Shown: positions 22,873-36,474 of the stretch, piece by piece
Layout: the number at the start of each line of letters is the position of its first letter
Position numbering within the stretch: the stretch's first letter is position 1
Assembly: GCF_030028105.1 (NCBI RefSeq)
Contig: NC_092376.1
Coordinates: 155,216,212-155,280,211 of the forward strand
DNA length: 64,000 nucleotides
Reading direction: 5' to 3'
Origin: Mobula birostris
Lineage: Eukaryota
Translations under genes and position numbers: made by a program
Notes under the pieces: model-generated
Told to the model about the DNA's origin: nothing
Seen by the model: only the letters and a program-made list of their open reading frames with translations
The model's database searches: none

Positions 22873-23730
22873 CTCGTCTGTTAGGGCAGAGTTAGTACAG
22901 CAAGAATGCCCCCAGGGCCTGTGTTTGGTTCTGTGTGCGAGAAGTGGGAATTCTGGGAGACTTCAAGCTTCCCGGATAACCACATCTGCACCAGGTGCAC
23001 CAAGCTGCAGCTCCTCTGAGAACGTGTTAAGGAACTGGAGCTGCAGCTCGATGACCTTTGGCTCATATGGGCCACTGAGGAAGTGATAGATAGGAGCTAC
23101 AGGGAGATTATTGCCCCAAGGGTACTGGAAGCAGACAACTCGGTGGCTGTCAGGAGAAGGAAATGAAATGGGCAGCCAGTGCACAGTACCCCTGTGGCTG
23201 TACCCTTCAATAATGAGTATACTGTACCACTTTGGATACTGTTGAGGGGGACAACCTACTGGGGTAGCCACAGTTACTGGGTCTCTGACATTGAGTCTGG
23301 TGCTGTAGCTCAGAAGCAAAGAGAGGTGAAGAGGACAGCACTGGTGATAGGAGATTCCATAGTTAGAGGAATAGAGACAAGATTCTGTGGATGCTACAGA
23401 GACACTTGGATGATATGATGCCTCCCAGGTGCCAGGGTCGGGAATGTCTTGGACTGGGTCCACAGCATTCTGAAGCAGGAGGGTGAGCAGCTAGAAGTCT
23501 TGGTACATATTGGCAGGACAGGAATTCTGTGTTGGGAAGTGGATTGTCATGCACTTTCGTAGAAGAAATAAAAGCATAGACTAATTTCTAAATAGAGAGA
23601 AAATTTAAAAATTGGAGGTGCAAAGGGACTTGGGAACCCTTGTGCAGGATTCTCTAAGGTTAATTTGCAGGTTGATTCAGTGGTGAGGAAGGCAAATGTG
23701 ATGTTAGCATTCATTTCAAGAGGATTAGAA

Positions 23731-24525
23731 TAAAACACAATCACTGGGCTTGTTTGGAAACTTGGTTCGTTAGCCGGCTTTGCTAACAGCCACTGGACTC
23801 AGCAGTGAGAAGGCCATCTTTCTAAAACAATATACGTTAGAGCTGGCATGCTTTGGGTCCAACTAAACAGAAAAGTTGGGACGTTTCAATAACCGGAACT
23901 CAATTTGAGTGAATACTGTGTAAATACTGCCCATACACAATTACCTGTTGGCAAGAAATAACAGATCATACACCACATACAATTACAAAGGAAGTGTATT
24001 TACTAATTTCAGCTTTATCAACCAGTTATTAAGAGCAAAAGTAAAAGAAAAAAAATAAAAGGTTCTATTGCAATTAAACCAGCCTCTATGTGCGCATTGT
24101 GGAGCTTGTATCTTCCAAAAGCTGGGTATGACCATTACTCACAGCCCTTTATTCTCATCACCAATCACCAGTAGAACTTTCCATCTTGGGATCTTTTGAA
24201 TCACAAAGCACTCCTTGCAATCGCGTCTTCTCGTCAGATCAAACCCTATAGCCGACTCTCCCAATTTTCTCCTCTTTCCATCTCCCGCTAAAAAGACCAT
24301 GGACCCCACCAGTGCCCATCACAAATCTCTCTCCGCCTAGCTTTCTCTAGAACCTTCTCCCAATTCCACCATCCTGATTGGCTAATACAATATTCCTAAA
24401 TTGAACATCACAGCCCCTTATCTTTAACCAAAACCCAACCACTAACAGCACTTTGCTTCTACAGAAAGCTACTAAATGAAATACCCTATAGTATGAACAG
24501 TAAAAATCTTAAGCAGGGCACTACA
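23731..24525 (-). mobile_element. Solo LTR (~795 bp) inserted in CR1
   Basis: Cleanly interrupts CR1 ORF2; TSD AGAA at 23727-23730 and 24526-24529; termini TAAAACAC (degenerate TGTAACAC) and CACTACA; strand tentative. Confidence 0.7.
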
Positions 24526-27024
24526 AGAATACAAAACCAAGAATGCAATGTTGATGCTTTATAAACCACTGGTGAGGCCTCACTTGGAGTATTGTGAACA
24601 GTTATGGATCACTATTTAAGAAAGGATGTGTTGACATTGGAGAGGGTTCAAAGGAGGCTCATGAAAATGATTCTGGGATTGAAAGGCTTATCATATGATG
24701 ACCATTTGATGGCTCTGAGCCTGTATTCAGTGGAATTCAGAAGAATGAGTTTGGGGATCTCATTGAAAGACCTATTAGAGTGGAGGTGGAGAGGATGTTT
24801 CCTGTGGTGGATGAGTCTAAGACCAGAGAACATAGCTTCAGAATACAGGAATGTTTATTTAGAATGGAGAAGAAGAGGAATTTCTTTAGCCAGAGAGTGG
24901 TGAATCTGTGGAATTCATTCCCACAGGCGGCTGGGGAGGCCAAGTCATTGGGTACATTTAAGGCAGAGGTTGATAGATTCTTGAGTAGTCAGGGCAAGAA
25001 GAGATACAGGGAGAAGGCAGGATATTGGGGCTGAGAGCGAAATGGATCAGCCATGATGAAATGGTGGAACAGACTTGGTGGACCAAATGAGTTAATTCAG
25101 TTCCTGTATCTTATGGGTTATTGGATTCCTGTTGAATTTGATTTGAGTATCTGCATAACCAAATGGGAAGATGATGACCACAGACATTACCAGTTCTGTG
25201 GGCTTATTCCAAAGGTGCATATTAGAATTATACCTTGAATGAAACAGTTTCACAATTATAATTACCATCTCTACATATGCATCTATTCTGCATATTCCCT
25301 CAAACATTAAATATGGCACAGCAAATACATTCACCTTAAATTCTTTATTAGCTTTCTCACATACCAATCAATCCCACATTGCCAGAACTATAAAGATCTG
25401 GAATCTTTTTACCAATATCTTTAGTCCATTCAGGTATTCACCGTCCCTAAAGGGAGCAGTGGAATCAGAGTGCTGTTGAGTTTAAAAGAAGCACAAGAAG
25501 CAAAGCCTCAGTGAATTTATAGGGAGGGCTGGAAATGCGGCCCTCTAGCCAGATGCCAAACCATCAGGATTTCAGAACAATGGCAAAGCCGATTTTCAGA
25601 ATTTTGCCTTCCCATCTCAGCACAATATTATTTACTCAGTATTTCTGAAGGGTTGTAAAATCTTTTTGCAATTCCTTTTATACTGCTTCCGATGTAACAG
25701 TAAATTGCGAGCGTGCTTTTCTGAAGTCAGTTCTGCTAAATGCATTCTGAGATTTACAGTTACAAGGATTTTCATATGATTTAGAATGTCACGTAAATCT
25801 GCAGAACTACTTTCTACATATTTCTGCTTGTATCTGAAGAATCTGCCACATCTACTTTTTTTGGATGAGAAATTGATTTCTTTAATCAAAAAAGGCTAGT
25901 TTGGAAACAAATCACCAAGCACAGCTGGAGAGCCCCGTGGGTATGTGACAAGCAAAAATGAGAAAAGCTGTAGGTAATCTAGCTTCCTGCTGTTCTGTGA
26001 ATCAGCCTACACCCTAATCTTTATTCTGTTCCAATAGAAAATGTGTAGCCAACGACATATTCCCTCTTATGGAAGCCTTCCCACCTGGCTAGACTCTTCA
26101 CCACCTGCTCGCCCAAACTGTCACAAGGGCAAAGTGGCCTTTACCACCAAATCTCATGCTGGACTGCGGCCTAATCTTCTGGCACATTCTCCTCCTAAAC
26201 GGGATGCAGGGATACGCAGAGCCTAGGGTACTTGTGCATAAATTTTTGAAACTTGTAGGATAAGGGGAGTAATTAACAATAGAAACACAGGACTGAATAA
26301 CTGGACGTATAGAGTAGCATTTCCCAGAATATTCTGCAGCATACACACTTCAAAACCTTCAATGAAAAGCGGTAAGATCAAGAGTCAGATCCAGCTTCCA
26401 TGATCAGAAAATGACAGACTTCCAGTGCAAATAACCTCTGTAAATCTCTTGCTCAGCCCATTCAGCAGCAAACCCCCCACCGTATCACTCACCTTTTACC
26501 TCTTCTCCACATCACATGTTCAGGGAATATTCACTTTACCCTTTGAGGTTACCTCATAGTATGTTAGATCTTACTGATAGAGTATCGTACATGAATAAGC
26601 TATTATGTAGTGTTTTCATTAGATTAGTCCTGGAGTACCATACTTTGCTTTTTCACAAGATTGCTATCGCACAGGGAAAGGATGTGAAGTGTGGAGGAAT
26701 ATTTTCTCCTACTTAAAATAAAAACAGGTTAACTTGTTAACAGTTATGAAACAGTTAGAGGATAATTATATCCACTGGCTGGACCAGTAAGCACCATCTC
26801 AGGAAAGGCTGTTGACTATTTATGACTGGGAAGAAAAATTCCCAATTCTCTATAATCCTTCTAAATGGAAGTGTTTCCTTTGCTTTTGCTTTCTCTTTGT
26901 ATCATCACATGATTATAAGACTTGAAGGACTTTTTTAAAACTTTCAGCACCATAAAAATATTCATTTTGCAGAATACTGATTAGTGTTTTTGATTTTAAT
27001 GTATGATAACAATAACACACCTTA

Positions 27025-27474
27025 ACAACAGGAATTCTGCAGATGCTGGAAATTCAAGCAACACACATAAAAGTTGCTGGTGAACGCAGCAGGGCAGGCA
27101 GCATCTCTAGGAAGAGGTGCAGTCGACATTTCAGGCCGAGACCCTTCGTCAGGACTAACTGAAGGAAAAGTGAGTAAGGGATTTGAAAGTTGGAGGGGGA
27201 GGGGGAGATCCAAAATGATAGGAGAAGACAGGAGGGGGAGGGATGGAGCCAAGAGCTGGATGGGTGATTGGCAAAGGGGATATGAGAGGATCATGGGACA
27301 GGAGGTTCGGGAAGAAAGACAAGGCGGGGGGGGACCCAGAGGATGGGCAAGGGGTATATTCAGAGGGACAGAGGGAGAAAAAGGAGAGTGAGAGAAAGAA
27401 TGTGTGTATAAAAATAAGTAACAGATGGGGTACGAGGGGGAGGTGGGGCATTAGCGGAAGTTAGAGAAGACGAT
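27025..27474 (-). mobile_element. Young Penelope-like element 3' end (ORF stop, UTR, terminal repeat, tail)
   Basis: Reverse complement starts ...FSNFR*; terminal repeat nearly identical to the 15289 copy. Confidence 0.9.
27120..27157 (-). ncRNA. Minimal hammerhead motif with ACGT palindrome mutated to ATGT
   Basis: tagtc-CTGACGA-agggtctcggcct-GAAA-tgTC-gactg. Confidence 0.7.
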
Positions 27475-28076
27475 ACTTTAATTTATTTCCATTCCTCAGT
27501 ACCTTCAATTTGACTGTATGGTGACACTCTAATTCACAGTCTATTTAGGCATTCAAACAGCATCACTCAAATTTAAGATGCAAGCTCAGGTGGATCATAA
27601 CTGCTAACTGATTCACTGAGGTTAAATTACATTTCAAAGTCTCTTGCAAAAATACCTATCTATTACATCAACTGTTATTTGCAGGTGTATGCGAGTTGCT
27701 ATTTGTATTTCTCTCCCTTATTGTGAAAAATTAATAATTGACATTAAATTCTTCATAAAGCAGATACTAAAACGGACACAACTTTCTACCAATGCTTATA
27801 TCATGCTATCCTCATGTATTTTCTTCCTTTTATCATTAGATAAATATGATCTTTTAAAAATCTATTTTAGTCTTTTTTATTCAATAACATCTTCAAACAG
27901 ACTTGTTAATGCTTGTTGACTTTCATGAAACTTTATTAACTGCTTGAACCCTCATTAATGCACAGTTTTGACTAAAATGGCAAAGGTTATCAATTAATAA
28001 TAGAGTCTGGATTTTCTAAACTTACTCCCATTTTGTTTTAAAAATTCCTCGGGTCAATGTTGAACACTGAATAAAA

Positions 28077-29110
28077 GCAACACAGACAAAATGCTGGAGG
28101 AACTCAGCAGGTCAGGCAGCATCTATGGAAATGAATAAGCAGTTGATGTCTTGGGCCGAGACCTTTGTTCAGGACTGAGAGGGAAGGGGAAGATGCCAGA
28201 ATTAAAAGGAGGGAAGAGGGGAAAGATGCTAGCTGGAAGGTGAAAAGTGAAGTCAGATGGATGGGGAAAATGTCTAGGACTGGAGATAAAGGAATCTGAT
28301 AGGAAAGGAGAGTGGACCATCGGAGAAAGGGAAGGAGGAAGTAATAGGCAGGTGAGAAGGGGTAAAGGTCAGAGTGAGGAAAAGAGGAAGTGGATGGGAA
28401 ATTAGTTGACCAAAAGTATTCACCCCATCAGCTTGGAGACTACCCCGATGAAGTATAAGGTGTTGCTCCTCCAGCCTAAGGGTCTCCTCATCTTGACAGA
28501 GGAGGCTATGGTCTGGTACTGTATGTCAGAAAGGGAATGGGAATTAGGATTAAAATATTTGGCCACTAGAAAGTTCTGCTTGGGGCGAACAGAGCAGAGG
28601 TGCTTAATGAAGCAGTCCCTCAACTTACAATGGGGCCTACACGCATGCAAAGGAGGGTACATCAGGAGCACCAGACATAATAGGTGATCCCAGCAGTTTT
28701 GCAGATGAAGGGTTGACTCACCTGGACGTTCTGTTTAGGGCCCTGAATGGAGCTGAGGGAGGAGGTGTATCTTAGGACACTTTCAAAGATAAGTGCCAGG
28801 AGGAAGATTAGTGGGGAAGGAGGAACGGACAAAGAAGTGGAAAGCAGGGAGGGGGTGTAGTTAAAGACATGTTGAGTGATAGGATCCCTTTGAAGATGCT
28901 GGAAGTTGGTGAGGATAATATGTTCAATGTGGACGCTGAGGGGGTGGTAGGTAAGGATAAAGGGAATTCTGTCACAGTTAAAGTGGCAGGGAGATGGGAT
29001 GAGTGTAGATGCTCGGGAAACAGAGGAGATGCAGGTGAGGGCAGCAACAATAGTGGGAGGAGGGAAATCCGTTCTTTGAGAAAAGAGAACATCTCTGATC
29101 ACCTGGAACT
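28077..29110 (-). mobile_element. Penelope-like element 3' ~1 kb (post-RT region, GIY-YIG remnant, terminal repeat)
   Basis: ORFs 28662-29159 (DRIPFILTYHPLS...SIQGPKQ..QVSQPF.C) and 28420-28671 (LRDCFIKHLCSV...VAKYFNPNSHS). Confidence 0.88.
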
Positions 29111-29804
29111 GAATTAAAGTACTAAGCAGTTGTAGTTCATCGGGAGTTATATTCACCATTGCATCGGAATCCTGTTCTTTCTTTACCTGAATGATTCCTT
29201 AAAATTTTATAACAAAGTGATTTCCAAAAAATAAATGACTAAATGTAATCTCAAGTGCCAAACAGATTATAGTCTTAAAATGTCTATAAGAATGCTTCAA
29301 ACAACAAAGTAAGCTCCCTTAGGCAACACTGCTTTTGACCCCGTCTTTGTTTTTTGGACGTATACGTATGTTGTTTCCCTTCACAATGCGACATAACTTT
29401 AAGTAAATAATATAAATCATTAATTCTGGAAAATAGCCCACTTGCATTCTTCCTAGTCATGAGATTACACACTGATGCTACAGTGACAGATTTTATCATT
29501 TAGTATTGTGACTGACTTCACTCTGAGCAAGAATTATGCACAATGAACACACTTGTTTCCTTAACATTAATATGACATCACAAAGTAGATGACTAACTCG
29601 GTCAAATATCCAGCCAGTCTTTAAAGTTATGTCTAGAAACTGAATGCAAAGACCAAGATATTTCTTTGAAAAGTTCCTAAGATTGTTCTTCCCAAGATTT
29701 TATGAAACAAAACTATTGTTTTAATTTACCATCTTATATGGTAACACTTAACTATGTTTCCAAACTGCTCAATCACTAACAGCTTACTCAGTCCAGCGAT
29801 TAAC

Positions 29805-31612
29805 ATAAATCAGTCATAGAAAAGTACGGTACAGAAACAGGCCCTTCAGTCCATCTAGTCCATGCAGAAACCATTTAAATTGCCTACTCCCATCAATCTG
29901 CACTGGGACCATAGCCCTCCATACCACTACCTTCCATGTACCTATCCAAACTGCTTAAATGTTGAAGTCGAGCTCGCATGCACCTCTTGTGCTGGTAGCT
30001 TATTCCACACTCTCACGACCCCCTGAGTGAAGAAGTTTCTCCTCATGTTCCCATAAATTTTTCACCTTTCATCCTTAACCCATGACCTCTAGTTGTAGTC
30101 CCACCCACCCTCAGTGGAAAAAGCCTACTTGTATTCACCCTATCTATCTCCCTCATAATTTTGTATACCTCTATCAAAACTCCTCTCAATTGTCAATATT
30201 TCAAGGAATAAAGTCCAAACCTATTCAATCTTTTCTTATACCTCAGATCCTTCAGACCCAGGAACATCCTTGTAATTTTTTTCTGTACTCTTTCAACCTT
30301 ATTTATATCTTTCCTGTAGGTAGGTGACCAAAACTGCACACAATACTCCAAATTAGCTTCACCAATGTCTTTCAGAACTTCAACATGACATCCCATCTCC
30401 TGTATTCAGTACTTTGATTTATTAAGGCCAATGTGCCAAAAGTTTTTTTTACGACCCTGTCAACATGTGATGCAGCGTTTAATAATTTATGGACCTGTAT
30501 TCGCAGATCCCTTTGTTCTACCACACTCCACAGCGCCCTACCATTCACTGTGTAAGACCTTCACTGGTCAGTCTTACTGAAGTGCAATACCTCACACTTA
30601 TCTGCATTAAATTCCATCTGCTATTTTTCAGCCCATTTTTCCATCTAGTCCAGGTCCCATTGCTAGCCATGATAATCTTCCCCGCTGTCCACTGCACCCC
30701 AAGTCTGGGTGTCATCCACAAATTTTCTAATCCAGTTAACCACATGATCATCTAGATCATTGATATAGATGACAAACCACAATGGACAAGACACTGATCC
30801 TTGCGGCACTCCACTAGTCACAGGCCTCCAGTCAGAGAGGCAACTCATCCACTACCTCTCTCAGGCTTCTCCCACAAAGTCAATGTCTAATCCAATTTAC
30901 TACCTCATCTTGAATGCTGAGCGACTGAACCTTCTTTACCGGCCTCCCACGCGGGACCTTGTGAAATGTCTTGTGAAAGTCCATGTAGACAACATCCACT
31001 GCCATGTTTCATCCACTTTCTTGGTAACTTCCTCAAAAACTCAATAATATTGGTTAGACATGACCTACCATGCATGAAGCCATGCTGACTATTCTTAATC
31101 AGTTCAATTATATCCAAATACTTTTTTTATCCAGTCCCTTAGAATACCTTCCAATTACTTTCCCACTACTGATGTCAGACTCACTGGCCTATAATTTCCT
31201 GGTTTCTGTTTAGAGCCTTTCTTAAACAGCAGAACAATGCTGGCTATCCTCTGATCCTCTTGTTCCTCACCTGTCATTAAGAATGATTTAAATATCTCTG
31301 CTAGTGCCCCAGCAATTTTTGCTCTTGTTTCCTGCAGTGTCTGATGGAACACCTTGTCAGGCCCTGGGAATTTATCCATCCTAATTTGCCTCAGGACAGC
31401 AAACTCTTCCTCCTCTGTAATCTGTATAGGGTCCATGAAGTGAATGTCGCTTTGCCTCACTTCTATAGACTCTGTGTCCATCTCCTGAGTAAATAAGAAT
31501 GCAAAAAATTCATTTAAGATCTCCCACATCTCTGTTGACTCCACACATGGATTACCATTCTGAACTTCCTGAGGATCAGTTTTGTCCCTTTCAATCCTTT
31601 TGCTCTTAATGT
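29805..31612 (-). mobile_element. CR1 LINE 3' ~1.8 kb with RT remnant
   Basis: ORFs 31155-31622 (KFPGPDKV...PGNYRPVSLTSVVGK), 30905-31117 (SQHGFMHGRSCLTN), 30663-30848 (VTSGVPQGSV...KFVDDT). Confidence 0.93.
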
Positions 31613-32079
31613 AGGTTTCCATTCTCTGCAGATTTTGTCTTGTTTATCTTTACCTAGTATTCTGACAGGCATATACAAGTTTTGTACTCCTTCATCTTGT
31701 CTGTTAGGATGACTTTATTCCTTCTTTTATCCCCCTTGATTTCATTCTTAAGTGTTCAATTTCTTCCTTAAGTGATTTAATTCTGTAAATTTGCCTTCAG
31801 ACTTTTTACAGTGAGAATGGAAACATGTTAAAATAGTATAAAAGACTTCAGTAGAGTGAGTGATAATTCCATGTAATAATATCATCAGAATGTATGAATG
31901 CATGAATTTTCTTTGGAATTATTTCATTACTATTATCTGAATGATAAAATTAACATATAGATATTGCTTTTTTATCTGCAATATGTAAAATCATGCTGGC
32001 CATAGGTTGTCATAATTGAGAACATTTTTATGAAGGTTTCAAGGTGGCTCACTGAAAAGAAAACATCTGCTTTCCTATT

Positions 32080-32392
32080 TTAGAGTCATGCAGCATGGAA
32101 ACAGGCCTTTTTAACCTAACTGGTCCACACTAACAAAGATTCCTATCTAAGCCAGTAACATTTGCCCACATTTGGCCTATATCCTTCTCAATATTTTCTA
32201 TCCCTGTGTCTGTCCAAGTAGTCTTTAAATTTTGTTATGGTGTCTGTCTCAACCATTTCCTCGAGCAGCTCTTTTCATATATTTACCAATCTCTGAGTGA
32301 AAAAGTTCTCCCTCGGATTCCTATTAATTCTCTTTCCTCCCACTTAAAATCTATCCTCTCTAGTCCTTGATTCCCCAACCCTGAGAAAAAGA
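32080..32392 (-). mobile_element. CR1 3' end fragment
   Basis: AGAGTCATGCAGCATGGAAACAGGCC-type terminus. Confidence 0.65.
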
Positions 32393-32525
32393 CCCCTTCT
32401 CCCACCACTTTATTCTGGCATCTTCCCCCTTCCTTTCCAGTCTTGAATAAGGGTCTCAAAGGTTTATTCATTTCCATAGATGCTGTCTGACCTGATGAGT
32501 TCCTCCAGCACTTTGTGCGTGTCTG
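32393..32525 (+). mobile_element. Penelope-like terminal repeat with hammerhead partly deleted
   Basis: TTTCCAGTCTTGAATAAGGGTCTC...GATGCTGTCTGACCTGATGAGTTCCTCCAGCA. Confidence 0.75.
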
Positions 32526-32634
32526 CCCTAATAACTTTATACACCTTAATATGCTCATTCCCTCATTCTCTTAAGCTCCAATTAAAAAAAAAAGACTGGT
32601 TTAAAGGCATAGTTTCTACAAAGAGTGACCAAAC

Positions 32635-33328
32635 ATCAAAGTTCAAAGTTCAAAATGAATTTTATTATCAGAGTAATGCACGTCACCACATAGAACCCTG
32701 AGTTTCTTTTTCTGCAGGCCTACTTAGCGAACCTACAGAACAGTATATGGTAAACTGTAAACATCAGGAACTGTGAACTGTAAACAAACTGTGCAAATGC
32801 AGATATAAATAAATAAATAGCAACAAATACTGAGCATGAAATAACAATATTACAGAATCCTTAAGTGAGTCCTTATATGAGTGTAGCTATCCCCTTTTGT
32901 TCAAGAGCCTGATGGTTGAGGGGAAGTTACTGTTCTTGAACCTGGTGGTGTGAGTCCTGAGGTACTTATACCTTCTACTTGATGGCAGCAGTGAGAAAAG
33001 AGCACGGCCTGTGTGGAGAGGATCTTTGATGATGGATGCTACTTTTCTACGGCAATGTTCAATGTAAATGAGCTCAATGGTAAGGAGGGCTTTATCCATG
33101 ATCTCCTGGGCTGAATCCACTACCTTTTGTAGGCTTTTCTGCTCAACGGCATTGGTGTTCCCATACCAGGCCGTAATGCAGCCAGTCAGCACACTTTCCA
33201 CCACACATCTACAGAGGTTTGCCAAGGTTTTCGTTGACATGCCAAACCTCCACAAACTCCTGAGGAGGTAAAGGCATTGCCGTGCATTCTTTCACAATAA
33301 TATTTATATGATGTGTCCAGGATAGGTC
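32635..33328 (-). mobile_element. Rex1/Babar LINE 3' fragment
   Basis: ORF 32887-33255 (RFGMSTKTLANL.RCVVESVLTGCITAWYG...TTRFKNS.FPSTIRLLN); tail TGATAATAAA...TTTGAACTTTGAAC. Confidence 0.88.
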
Positions 33329-33465
33329 CTGTATAACTACAACATCTCAACTTTTATACTCATGAATTCCCTGACCAATGAAGGTGAGCATGCCAAAAGC
33401 TTTCTTCACCACCTCATCTGTTCCTAAGAGTCCCAGACCTATTGTCCCAAGGACTACTGATGACA

Positions 33466-33612
33466 ACATGTCTCCATTCCAGTACTGATGAAGGACCTTG
33501 GCCTGAAACATCCACACTCATTTCCATCCATGCTGCTTGGCCTACTGAGTTCCTCCAGCATTTTGTGTGTGTGGCTCTGGATTTCCAACATCTGCAGATT
33601 TTCTCATGTTTC
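33466..33612 (+). mobile_element. Penelope-like terminal repeat plus tail with hammerhead core (CTGATGA 33485-33491, GAAA 33505-33508)
   Basis: Direct similarity to the 15289 family. Confidence 0.8.
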
Positions 33613-34090
33613 TCCATTCTTCGTCAGTGGTCAGTAATGCCCTGCCATTACAATGAGACTCAAGAACCCAGAATACTGCTTGACATCGCCTACATGATGT
33701 GCCACACTCTGACATCAAGTGCACAGATGATAGGTCCTCTAATTTACAATACATCCACTACTCAACCTCTGGTGAAGGAATAAAATTTCATTCTAAGTTC
33801 ACACCCTACTGGAATAATGGACAGTAACAGTAACTATATTCTGTATGTTGAATGACACCACGTGTCCATCACAATACATGGATACAAGTGTCATAAAGAA
33901 TGTGGTCACAATACAATTTACCAATGATTGTATCTTGCTTCACACAAGTGGTGTGGCCGATTTCAGCAAATGGATTTCAGATAAAATCTTATTACTTAGT
34001 CCAATAGAAGACTTAAGCCATGCAATAGAATTTTTATGCAGAGGCTACCAAGAGAGTTAGCATTAGAGGAAAATAATACTACGGTAATTA

Positions 34091-34210
34091 AAAACACAAG
34101 AGATTCTGCAGATCCAGAGTAACAAACAAAATACTGGAGGAAATCAGCAGGTCAGGCAGCATTGATAGAAAGGGAAAAAACAGTTGACGTTTTCAGCTTC
34201 TTCATCTGGA
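34091..34210 (-). mobile_element. Penelope-like terminal repeat plus tail, degraded
   Basis: AAACACAAGAGATTCTGCAGAT...CTGGAGGAAATCAGCAGGTCAGGCAGCAT. Confidence 0.75.
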
Positions 34211-36474
34211 GTTTATCTCTCTTTCCACAAATGAAGCTCTTTAATGTTAATGAAAAGAATGCTGAGAAAAAGGGAAGCCAAATATATGTGCTTTTATCAA
34301 GGATAAACAATGTAAAGATGATGTGAGAAAATCAAGGCAAATCATTAAACCAAGGTGTGGACCCAAGAACTACGGCATTGGATCACAAGGTTAAGAAGGA
34401 AAGAGAGTGTAAACCATAAATTAATGATGAGGTTATGCCATAGTCAGATTGTTTAAACTTTGAGACGGGACAGGGCTCAACATCACCTATTTCTTGTAGT
34501 TATGGCCCATAGTTCCTACTTGGCCTTAGTAACTTTGAGGAGTCTGAGGGTGGGGTGGAATGGAAGGCAAAAAGTGAAAGTGGATCTAACTGGCCCTCTG
34601 TGACATTAAGTCATGGCTGGAGGGTTAGTTGTTGGCCTGATCTCAGGCCCTACACTAGCATTCTCCTGAGAGCTCTGATAGAAAACTGTGCCTGCTGTAT
34701 AACTGCCTGATTTTAATAACCTTCAAATTGCTATTTTGAAATAGCAACTTGAAACAGAAGCAAAAGTTACTGTAATTAGAGGGCAGTTGTAACAGCAAGT
34801 CAGTGACCTGAAACCTTACCTCAGTTGTCCTGATGCTGTTTGACTTTTCTAGCACTGTATTTCTGATTTCTCAGATCCATAGTATTTCATGGCTGCAAAT
34901 TGCTTTTTTGTGTATCTTGTTCAGTTACATTGAATTCTTGAATAAGTGGCCTCTAGGGAAAACTAAAGGCTTTCAAGTGAAAATGAACATCAGAGGAACA
35001 ATCAGTCAATCAACTAGCACAGAGAGATGATGTTAATGTTTTCTTACAAAGAATAATGATCAGTTTGGCACAGAGAAAACCTGAAATTACAGATTAAGTA
35101 CCTTGAAGTGCACAGTTCATAAGCATGTGAATATTCACAACCCAATGCACGCTTCTTAAGTTTCCATGACCCTCCATGAACAGTCGAAGAATAGAAAAGG
35201 TAATAGCTGGAAAAGGAATCTATGCTGGCCGTGTGTTCTTCATGCTCCCGATCTAATCTGCACATTTGTGATGGTTGGTCTCCAAAGAGATGTCGCAGCC
35301 TTGCATTCAAAGCTCTTTCCTTTCAGACACTTACCTGGTCAAATGTTGCATTTCCATCTCATTCGCTCGAAGTCATCTGAACAAGCTGCCTCAACTTCTT
35401 AATGGCTCTAGTCCAGGGCTGCAACCAGTACTGTTTTATGGCCTTAGTGCTTTTTGCTGAAACCAGGTGACCCAGACACTGAACCTCGGGAGATTACAGA
35501 TTACTCCTCCTGCAAGTTTACCACTTTACATAATACATGGCTACTTGTCTGAGAATGGTCTTGGATTTAGCAGGCCATTGGCTGAAACTCCTCATGTCCA
35601 CATTCAGTTGCTCTGATTAAGTTATCCCACAGCAGGAATCAGTTCATCAAACAGCTCACAAAATGGCGGCTGTAAGGACAGACCCATAAAATGGCCACAT
35701 CCATTCCTAGTCACTGATTGTCCTTCTCTCTGGCTAACAGTTACAAATGAAAGATCCCGGAGTGAGTGAGTGCTTGGAGAAGCAAGTTCAAGGAGTGAGC
35801 CTGATGAAATGCAAACCGACCTATTATGAAGGAATGATTTTAGAGGGAACTAAATATTCATGAAGGTAATTTTGATGGGAGGTCACTTAACGATAACTTG
35901 TAAAAGTCACTGATAAATAATTCAAAGGCACAATCATTTCTTCATTAAAATGATCACCATTAAACTTAGTTTCCATTTGATGTGCACGCTATCAGCGTGA
36001 TGTGCTGTGTTAAGATTGGTGTGATTGTTTTTACCTTGGTCAGGTGGTTAACCATTGCAACATTGTATGTACCATGGTTCAGGCAGTTGAGTATTGCAAT
36101 GAACAAACATGTTTCCTCCGTATTTCTCATTGAAGTTAGATTTGCAGCAGTCCACAGTACAAGAAGAACCCAATACACTACAGAAACCTAAACATTAGTT
36201 TTCAATTCTGCTTCAGGCACTTCTGTTTCCAAACCTAGATCATGTCTCTCAGTGACATGGAAATACAAACACCCATGGGTGTGATTGAAATGGATATACA
36301 TCATTACAATTACAACCTTCTCCAAGGGAGCAATAAAGCAATACTGAACTATTGAGTGGAAAGTACACAATTCAATTTACTGTTCTGTTTGGTTTAAAAG
36401 AATGAATTTCCTTAAGAGAGTAAAACCACAATTCACTCTTCAGTGATCTTAGAAACTGGAATTTCAACCGTATA

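Larger units (their letters stand above)
22400..25118 (+). mobile_element. CR1 LINE with 5' UTR and ORF1 remnant fused to the ORF2 C-terminus; contains a nested SINE and solo LTR
   Basis: ORF1 Cys motif and leucine zipper (HICTRCTKLQLL..RVKELELQLDDL) and SGNH esterase (ALVIGDSIVRG...LPGARV...VLVHIG); jumps at ~23515 to the ORF2 tail; 3' end TCTTATGG at ~25115. Confidence 0.85.
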
